Source of the DNA: Toensbergia leucococca
Taxonomy: Eukaryota
Reading direction: 5' to 3'
Assembly: GCA_022813965.1 (NCBI GenBank)
Contig: JALDZS010000136.1
Location: 46,490-66,489, forward strand
DNA: 20,000 nucleotides
The notes below the pieces were generated by a model. The model was not told the origin of the DNA. It made no database searches and saw only the letters and a program-made list of their open reading frames with translations. Both the position numbers and the translations under genes were made by a program. Shown piece after piece: positions 12,060 through 20,000 of the stretch; position 1 is the first letter of the stretch, and each line of letters opens with the position of its first letter.

Positions 12060-13500
12060 CCTCATGCAACTTCTTCAGTCAATAACCCATGAACAATCAC
12101 CATTGCCTCTTTACTTTCGCTCTTCTCCCAACTAACCTGCTCTTTACCGTTTTGTAGAATGGCCATTTTCTCTTCAGTACTCTTCTCAAGTGCCAACCCA
12201 TCCTTCTTGCGTCAAAAGTCATGAGACATGACCTCAGCAACCTCCTTGCCTTTAATAGGAGCCGACGCTTTATTCTTCAGGACCGCACAGGGTTCTGCGG
12301 CTGAAGAACCATGAGTCACTCTTGACTAGTGGGTAGATGCGCCTAAATATCTGGTTATGAACCTCTTACATACCCATGGTGATGCTTTCTTCTGCCTCCT
12401 GGCTCCGTCTGTCAGTTTGTTGCAGTCACTGCCGGATCCGTCAGTGCACAGCCGTCAAAAGGCAGTGAAAGAACCTTGTGTGCTGAACGTACCTGGAACT
12501 TTCCAGCTTTTGATCTTGCTTTGGTGAGATTGAGATGAGCCTTGCACAAATCCACGGCTGAGCAAATCTAGTGCTCTGCCAGTGCTTTGCCACATTCATT
12601 ACAAACAAAGCGTCATAAGTGGTGTCTGTGAAGGTTTAAGTCCATGGGCGAGCGCATGATAGAAGGATTCTCTGAAATGTCACCTGCTGAGGCTAACGTG
12701 CAATCAACTTCATGCAAGAAGGCAATTTGCATGTATTTCTAAAATACTTTTGAAAATAGCCTTGTACGCAAGAAAGGCTTGCACGCATGCAACACCTCTT
12801 GAAAATATCTCCTTCCTATCAATTGGGATCTCGTTCAAGCAGAAGTTTCTTTTGACGATTGAAATAATTTCATTCTCCAAGATCCAAATGATCCAGGAGT
12901 GCCCTAGGGAAATAAAGACATCCGAAATACCTTGCACATCATCAGTCTTGTCATAATCATCCCACAATACGGCACGAGTAATGTAACATATTTCAAGACA
13001 GGCCTTTGCAGATGATCAAGATATTCAGTAAATGAAAAGATTCGTTGTGTAGCCGCAGATTATCTGTATGTCTCTGATTTGCACTCTCCGTTGAACATCA
13101 TCTTACGTAGCTACCCGTGACGGCTTGCAGAAGCTCAACTTTGATTGAGAGATATACAAGTCTTTGGCATATACGTTCAGAACAGGACTGTTCAAGGTTT
13201 CCTGCAGAGGAATGAGAGGAATGTGGCTGCTAGAAACAATTGTGCTTGGAGGGCGTATGAACGTTGTTCAGGATCTGATACAAACTTATGAAGCCATAGG
13301 AGCGTTTGCATAGAAATTTTGAGGGTTTGCGGAGTGGACGTCCATACTTTTTAATAGTTAATGTGTTGGATTCAATCTCATAAAGAGCAAGTGTGGTGTT
13401 TCTTGGCGAGTCACATGGAGACCTGACTGTTAGAAATGCCAGCCAAATGATATTGGCCTTCCTCACTTCAGAAAGCAAACACTTTTCTTCCATTGCCGGT
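12060..13500 (-). pseudogene. Possible decayed gene or transposon relic of unknown identity
   Basis: The minus-strand frame of ORF 12710..12967 continues to ~12063 with protein-like stretches (...NKASAPIKGKEVAEVMSHDF*RKKDGLALEKSTEEKMAILQNGKEQVSWEKSESKEAMV...). It is interrupted by about eight stops, mostly TGA, which would fit CGA>TGA decay. I recognise no domain. Confidence 0.25.
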
Positions 13501-14120
13501 CAATATTCGCACCGCCGGCTAAGGCGCCTCGGTACTGGAGATATAGGTAGCATGTGTACGTGCAACATTGTGCTAGCCTATTACTTGAGTGCTATCATCT
13601 CATCACTCACGTGATTGTTTTATCGTATCTTTAAATCCCTTCCCTTCCCTATAGACTGTTACCGACCTCTACCAGTTTTAGTGTCTCCAGTCCAATACTC
13701 AAGACCCATTTTGCGCGTGAGCACTACAAAGCCATCTTAAGTAAAAGCAAAGCCTTAGGACGCTAATGCAAATAGAAAAACTCGTCACGAACGAATTTTT
13801 TGCCCGAGCTTAGTCAAACCCCTTCTTTCTTTGCCCCGAGCGTAAAGCGAGATCCGATGCTTCTTCCAACCGTTTTGGCTCTCCCCCAGTGATTGTCATC
13901 TTATTTGTTGCGGAGGAACCAACCTTGGGTTCTTGTATTTGCCATTCAGTGAATACTGCGGAAGAAGACAACGTAAAAGGATGATCAACACCTAAGATCC
14001 TGTTTTGTAAATGTATACATTCTCTCAGCAGGTTAGTAGCCTTTGCGTTTTGGCCTTGCACTTTCCAGGTCAAAGCGAGATCATGTTGTTCAGTGTGTCT
14101 GGATGCTCCTCACCCAGCAC

Positions 14121-14876
14121 CCTCTTTCTAATCTCCGTCACTCTCACGTCCAGCTCCTCAGCTTCCTTCCAGCGTCCTTGGCCCCAGTATGCTGAGGCCA
14201 GGTTGCTCATGCTGATCAGCGTGTCTGGATGCTCCTCACTCAGCACCCTCTTTCTAATCTCCGTCACTCTCACGTCCAGCTCCTCAGCTTCCTTCCAGCG
14301 TCCTTGGTTCCCGTATGCTGAGGCCAGGTTGCTCATGCTGATCAGCGTGTCTGGATGCTCCTCACCCAGCACCCTCTTTCTAATCTCCGTCACTCTCACG
14401 TCCAGCTCCTCAGCTTCCTTCCAGCGTCCTTGATTCAGATATGTTGAGGCCAGCTTGCCCATGCTGATCAGCGTGTCTGGATGCTCCTCACCCAGCACCC
14501 TCTTCATGGTCTCCATCACTCTCACCACCAGCTCCTCAGCTTCCTTCCAACGTCCTTGATTCAGATATGTTGAGGCCAGGTTGCTCATGCTGATCAGCGT
14601 GTCTGGATGCTCCTCACCCAGCACCCTCTTTCTAATCTCCGTCACTTTCACCTCTAGCTCCTCAGCTTCCTTCCAACGTCCTTGATTCAGGTATGTTGAG
14701 GCCAGGTTGCTCATGCTGATCAGCGTGTCTGGATGCTCCTCACCCAGCACCCTCTTTCTAATCTCCGTCACTCTCACCGTCAGCTCCTCAGCTTCCTTCC
14801 AGCGTCCTTGATTCAGGTATGTTGAGGCCAGGTGGCCCATGCTGCCCAGCGTGTCTGGATGCTCCTCACCCAAGAT
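14121..14876 (-). repeat. Six tandem 126-nt (42-aa) TPR units with high internal conservation, followed by a degenerate capping unit
   Basis: Consensus VLGEEHPDTLISMSNLASTYLNQGRWKEAEELDVRVTEIRKR. Unit 1 starts at 14876 and unit 7 at 14120, exactly 6 x 126 nt apart, with near-identical DNA between units. Confidence 0.97.
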
Positions 14877-16428
14877 TGCTTGTTTCCGCTCCCATGTTTG
14901 TTTCTGCATACCTGCCGCTTTCTGGTAGAGTCCACATTCGCCGATGTAGATTGCCGCCCACATACTCGCATCCAGCAACGTAGCGTTGCGGAGCCCTTAC
15001 TGTGCTGCAAAGCCCTCCATGAACTCGATGTGGCTGATAAACTGACCGCAACGACTCCAATTTCGCGGAGATCGGCGGTCACCAACCCCTTCGAAAGCCT
15101 TGCATACAATGCGTATGACTATTTCAAGCCACTGCTCCCGTGCTGCAGCGGCGATAAGCTTCGACCGTAGGACAAGCTGGACCAGGTCGTGGATCCGTAT
15201 CACGCGCTCGGATCCCTCCAACGTATGGACAGCGAAAGACGCACGCTGAATCTCTTGGATAGCTTTGGACAGGCGTACTGGAGACTGAAACAAATCGATT
15301 ACCGCCCCAAGCTCGTTAACCGCTGACGCTGCGGGTATGTCGCTTCTCTCTTCCTGGTACAGGGCGCCACATCCCTGTTTCAAGATGCTGATTGGGATAT
15401 GCTCAGGGTCACAGAAAGAAAGGATCCGAAGAAGGGTCAAAGCATCTGGCGCGGTTTGAGAGATTCTTTCAAGAGCCGGCATAAACATCGCCACGACAGA
15501 TTTCTCTTCGTGACAGGATAGATCGTTCTCCCACATAAGGACCTGTGTTCGGGTCAGCCAGCAATCACTCCCGAGTCTGTGCCATGCTTTTCGATCACCT
15601 CCATTATCTTGGCGCTCCTGTATAAATTGAGAAGCTCCTTTATGCTGCTCTCATAGCCGCCCTTGACATATGAGGCAGCTTGGTCAACCGCCAGCGGCAG
15701 ATTTCCCACTGACCGGACGAGACACTCAAGATCTGCATGGCTAGCTTTCTCTGTACTTCCTCGATCTATTTCAGCACCGGCTAAGAGCATCGCGACCGCG
15801 TCGTCATTTCCTGGTGGCTGCAAGGCAAGCATGAGTGATTTGCCGGGGATAGTGCATGATTCAGCAATCATGTTGGTCCGCGTGGTGAATAGAAGCCGCC
15901 CTCTATTATTTCGTCGAGGAAGAATATCATCAAGCATCATCCTAGCAGTCTCTTGGGTCACATTGTCCAGAATAAGAAGCCACTCCTTCCCAGCGGACAG
16001 ATCTTCAAGCCACGCTCGCGCCAGGGTTGACTTCGTGAACTGATCCAAAGCGTATCCTCCAGGGAGACGGAGAAGATCCGCCAGTCTGGAGAAGTCCCGA
16101 GTCAACTTCTCAACCGACCCTGCAGACACCCAAAAGGTATATGTATCTTGGCTCCTTTTAGAGGCAAGACTTGCATATTGCAAAGCCAGCTGTGTCTTTC
16201 CTACTCCTGGCATGCCATATATAACGCAACGGGCAGGGAGGTCATCAGACCATGCACTGAACGCGCGATCGATTTGCTGCAGCTCATTGCCCCGGCCCGT
16301 GAAATGAGGGGAGAGAATTGAGTCAGGCAACTCGCAGACACTTGCAGGGAGCCTGTGGTCTGTACTCCGTCAGTGGCATTTCCAGTCAACAAAAGCCTCT
16401 ATCATCTGAACACACCAGAACTGGAATG

Positions 16429-16509
16429 GAAGCAGATCGACCCGCCGCCGGTGTTAAAGTGGTTTCCCATGAACTGCGAACCTCCATGGTTGTGGTATTG
16501 TCCCTCAAA
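16429..16509 (-). other. Putative amyloid signalling motif, receptor copy (FEGQYHNHGGSQFMGNHFNTGGGSICF) in NLR exon 1
   Basis: Translated by hand from ATG 16536 (alternative ATG 16527). It is G/N/H/F-rich and 14/27 identical, without gaps, to the hydrolase C-terminus. Confidence 0.85.
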
Positions 16510-16536
16510 TCCCGCCCCTGCCTGCATACCTATCAT

Positions 16537-16736
16537 GCGTGCTATGTTCTCATGATATTCGTGCTGTTGTTGGCGAGTCTATGGCCACCGAGCCTCGTCC
16601 TAAGAGTTCTCAATAAAGGCTCGCCGTGTGATTGGACGCCTCAGCTCATGGCAGGGCTGATAGTGTAGTCCTTGTCGTAGCACCGAGCCACCCAACTTCT
16701 CCATGGTCGGGGCAGTTCAACTCCCATAAGTCCACC
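16537..16736. promoter_or_regulatory. Putative bidirectional promoter/5'UTR region between the divergent NLR and hydrolase genes
   Basis: Only 200 nt separate ATG 16536 (-) from ATG 16737 (+, context CACCATG). The function is inferred from the geometry alone. Confidence 0.55.
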
Positions 16737-18099
16737 ATGAGCGCCCTCATCCGCAGACTGCTGTCTCAGAAGGAAGAGGTTGAACCTCTTAGCATAGGTG
16801 AAGGTCTAGCGGAGACCAGTCAGCCTGCGCCTACGTCAAATTTGGGCCTGCGAGTGGTGAACCCCTGCCAAGTTAGCGCGGTGATAGAGTAAGAATGTAC
16901 CAAGCGCGTTCTGCTTTGAGAGTTGATCACAGGCCCTAGCATAGTATTCATCCATGGTCTTGCAGGTGGCAGAGAGTCAACGTGGACTGCAAAAGGTGCT
17001 GCAGCCTCCTGGCCGGAGTTGTTTCTCCTCAATGATATCCCCGAGGCCAGAATCATTACATACGGGTACGATGCGGACGTGGTCAACTTCTGGTCGATGG
17101 CATCGCAAAATACGATTGGAGACCATAGTCAGAAGTTAATGTCGTCACTTGCCAATCTGAGGGATAGCACAAATACTGTTGGTCCAATGGTCATTACATA
17201 AGCTGCTCAACTAATACTATTCTTATAGAACACGAGGCCGCTAGCATTCGTTGCACATAGCATGGGCGGGATTGTTTGTCAAGACGTAAGATTATCTCCT
17301 TATGGCTTGAGGTCTAGCTCTGAGATACGATAGACATTGTTGAAATCGAGGGGTAGTGCCGACCAACATACTCAGCATATCTTCGAAAATACAAGAGGCA
17401 TTCTATTTATGGGAACTCCACACTGTGGCTCAGGTCTTGCAGAGTTGGCGATTATCGGCAGCAAATTCCTTCAGTATTTCCGTCGAGTCAATCATGGAAC
17501 TCTGGAAATCCTGCAGCAGAAATCTGAGGTCATGGCAAGAATCCGGCAAGATTTTCATACAATGCTACGAGGTCAGGATCGAATCAAAGGTAGGGAGATC
17601 GCGATTGTATGCTTTTATGAAGAGCTGCCAGTCCAGACCATTGGAGAGGTAATCTATAGTTAGAATGATCAGGAAACGTCTTGTAACTGACACTCACAAG
17701 ATTGTGCCAAAACATTCGGCTTCCCTTGACAGGTATACATCCATTGGCATCCACGCAAACCATATGGATATGACAAAATTCCTGAGCAATCAATGTCCTG
17801 ACTATCGGAACGTACTTTCTGAGCTTCAAAGGTTCATTCCGTCTTATAACCAACAAACAAGGAATGAGCTGCTCTTACCAACTTCTGCATCCCCTGGAAC
17901 CCAAGGACAGTCTGATTATGAATTTGGAAATGAGAGTTCTTCGGCGGGTAAGCGAGACCAGAACATTGTGCATGGAAAAGAGAATCCACATTGGTCAGGA
18001 AAGCCAGTCAACACCTTTTCCGGCACATTTCATAACAATGGGGGCAAAATGTTCCAAGGGGATGTATTTAACTCAGGAGGTGGGCCAATGACCTTTTAA
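16737..18099 (+). CDS. SesB-like alpha/beta-hydrolase (SERAC1/DUF676-type putative lipase/esterase) with C-terminal amyloid-like motif, 386 aa; 5 exons (16737-16888, 16940-17177, 17229-17285, 17334-17648, 17701-18099)
   Basis: Four GT..AG introns of 48-52 nt give an intact frame. Motifs: DIVFIHGL, WP...DIPEARIITYGYDA, nucleophile elbow FVAHSMGGIV, ILFMGTPHCGS, CFYEELP, EIVP and IHANHMDMTKF (catalytic His region). A polar linker of about 55-60 aa then leads to the terminal motif. Confidence 0.92.
18016..18096 (+). other. Putative amyloid signalling motif, effector copy (FSGTFHNNGGKMFQGDVFNSGGGPMTF) at the extreme C-terminus of the hydrolase
   Basis: These are the last 27 codons before TAA 18097-18099, and they match the NLR N-terminal motif. 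Confidence 0.85.
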
Positions 18100-19282
18100 T
18101 AAAAATAGCAAGGATACCATGGTGGTCCTTTAGTCAATCGGTCATCACTACCTATTGCAATGAGAGTTTAGTGCAAGTTGTCAAACGTGATTCTGAATTT
18201 TCTCCTCACTGTCACTTCGTCCCCATTCAATCAAATCAACGATATTGATGTGTGCCGTTCATACAGCCTAATCCGTGTCAGCATAAACCTACCAGATTTT
18301 GTTGCACGGTCTCCTACCTCCTTACATTACTCACACGTTTTCGGAACCGGCTTGACATCAATTACATGACAAAGCGCATACCACGTAGTCATATCATGCT
18401 CTTACCGTACCACATATACAGTTCACTATTCAACACTTCAGAACTCAGATGCTTCAGAATTATGTCACTCTTCAATGAGGCGCCGAAGGTGAGCTTTTCC
18501 TTATCTCATGATTGCTCTAAAATAATGATTAGTTGACTTTGATGCTCATTATCATTTTCAAATGTCTTGATGTGTTTGTCATCAGTTGAAGCGCTTGAGA
18601 TTAAAAGTGGCAAAGAGTTGTAGAAGGGTGATAAGGGGAAGTTTTGACACCGTTTTCTTTCAAGCTGAACAGAATGAAATTGCGGAAAGTGACTCTGAGA
18701 GAAGTATCACATGAACTGTATGTGAAATCAAGAAGGCTAAGATTGCAATTGTCAAGGATTTTCTGATGGTTTGTGAGGATGACATGTTCAAGTTCTCATA
18801 GCTGTGATAGTAGTGATTATTCTCACTGAGTATCAAGCAGAAGTGTATTAGGGTAGTGTTGAGGGCTATTTGAGATAGCCAAGTAAACTAGGCACGATGA
18901 CCTCTCTGCCGTCGTGCCAAACAACATTTCACCGTTCATCACCCAGCCGAATCGAGTCATTTATGGAGTTGAGCACCTCCACAGAAAGGGTGTATGTTCT
19001 AGTGTTCCTGGAATTTTTCTGACATGGTCAGCGTAGGTTTCGGCGACGTTCTTCTTAACGGACAAGTATAGCGATGACCGTCTACCAGGATCTCCAGCTG
19101 TCCTTGTTGTCAAAGCATTTCAGCTGCAGCTTTCTGTCAGTCAAATTGTAGAGTCCTTCAACCTGCATCTTGTATCCCCCTCTCCACAGTGTTGAAATTG
19201 TAATTGCGATCTTGCGGCTTGGTAGACTAACCAGCGAAGTTGGAAGGGCTTCGTTCAACGGAGACTGCCGAATACTGGGTAC

Positions 19283-19622
19283 TAGGTGTACAGGCTCCGC
19301 GAGATCTAGTCCATGCATTGCCGTATGGACGGCGTATTTCACCTTGACGATCTCAAAAGAGAATTGTTCAGCCGGAGCCCATACGAAGGGTACTTTCCCC
19401 ATGAGTCGAGATAATGGCCGAGATATTTCTGCTGAGTTCTTTACCCACCACTTGGTGATCCCCACCACTCCTATAAGTTCTCTGACCTTAGTCTGATCAG
19501 TTGGAACTGGCCAATTGACAATGTTTGTTACACGTTCTTCTAAAACATGTGCTCCACCGCCTACTCTGCGGGCGACACCAAGGCATTTTATAGCTTCCTA
19601 GGCACTTTTGAATTGAGATACC
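19283..19622 (-). mobile_element. Degenerate Ty3/Gypsy LTR-retrotransposon pol fragment (end of reverse transcriptase and RT-RNase H connection)
   Basis: Minus frame reads AIKCLGVARRVGGGAHVLEERVTNIVNWPVPTDQTKVRELIGVVGITKWWVKNSAEISRPLSRLMGKVPFVWAPAEQFSFEIVKVKYAVHTAMHGLDLAEPVHL. This matches the Gypsy pattern WPxP...VRxFLG...FAxIARPL...WxxxEQxSF. It breaks off where the RNase H DAS motif should begin, and I see no LTRs. Confidence 0.8.
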
Positions 19623-20000
19623 GAGCTGTTGCGAAACTGTAAGTGAGTTGAGGGTTGGCTTTCAAGGTTCGAGGCTGAGATTTATTCGCTCTGATATCGT
19701 AGAAGTCTTCCCTGGAGGAAGCATGGCTACGACTCTCTGAGAAGAAATATTTTCGTTATATGCGAAGAAACAAGACAATCTTTCATGCAAGTAGAAGCTG
19801 ATACACGATCTTCTCGCCATCTCTTCCGTTATCTTGCTATCAGAAATTGGCTTTGTACCGCATCGCCTGTGCCAGAGTCACAAATCATCCTTCTCTGTTC
19901 TTCTCCTCGTTGAAACTCTTCTCAATATTTCCATTCATCTATGTAAATGAAAGGATGGATTCAGGCTGGCTTTTGCCCATATCTCATATCTCACGGGGTA

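Larger units (their letters stand above)
13810..16536 (-). pseudogene. Fungal NLR (N-terminal amyloid-like motif, NB-ARC, TPR repeats); disrupted allele with one nonsense codon and one frameshift; exons 16536-16416, 16359-15599, 15542-13810
   Basis: NB-ARC motifs: HFTGR, Walker A GMPGVGKT, Walker B WLLILDNV, LLFTTR, GNLPLAVDQAASY and IHDLVQ (MHD-like). Introns are 16360-16415 (GTGTGT...ACTGAC...CAG, phase 1) and 15543-15598 (GTGATC...GCTGAC...CAG, phase 0). An in-frame TAA at 14997-14999 is followed by the same frame continuing into the TPRs. A frameshift at ~14081 separates ...HPDTLNNM from LALTWKVQGQ...ILGVDHPFTLSS. The repaired length is about 870 aa. The NLR identity is high confidence; pseudogene status is less certain. 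Confidence 0.88.

Noticed and set aside
12600..12660. C2H2-like fragment (HRHHL*RFVCNECGKALAEH) in one minus-strand frame
   Set aside because: It is interrupted by stops, lacks correctly spaced His ligands and lies in a different frame from the more protein-like one, so it is probably chance.
14011..14433. Repetitive + strand ORF of 140 aa
   Set aside because: It is the antisense shadow of the TPR array.
14121..14876. 126-nt direct repeats as a CRISPR array or non-coding satellite
   Set aside because: There are no unique spacers, the period is a multiple of 3 and encodes TPR units in frame, and the context is eukaryotic.
14965..15000. 36-nt intron that would remove the NLR premature stop
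   Set aside because: It is shorter than every other intron in the window (48 nt or more), ends in GAG, has no clear branch site, and would delete helix-like coding sequence. Not formally excluded without RNA data.

Overview
Intron-containing genomic DNA from a filamentous ascomycete (short 48-106 nt introns with GT..AG ends, most with CTRAC-type branch sites). The left half holds four minus-strand genes: a membrane-anchored putative adhesin-domain protein that runs off the window start, a conserved membrane/coiled-coil protein, a Cys-rich secreted protein, and a BuaE-like conserved protein. The right half holds the main signal, a head-to-head pair whose start codons are only 200 nt apart. One gene is an NLR (NB-ARC plus near-identical TPR repeats, minus strand) and the other a SesB-like alpha/beta-hydrolase (plus strand). 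A short first exon of the NLR, absent from the ORF track, encodes FEGQYHNHGGSQFMGNHFNTGGGSICF. This aligns without gaps (14/27 identical) to the last 27 residues of the hydrolase, FSGTFHNNGGKMFQGDVFNSGGGPMTF. That layout is the hallmark of a fungal amyloid-signalling receptor/effector pair, and the motif does not look to me like HET-s/HRAM, PP, sigma or PUASM. The NLR copy here has an in-frame TAA between NB-ARC and TPRs and a frameshift in its last repeat. The pair is flanked by decayed sequence, including a Ty3/Gypsy pol relic. All gene models were spliced by hand and no database search was possible.
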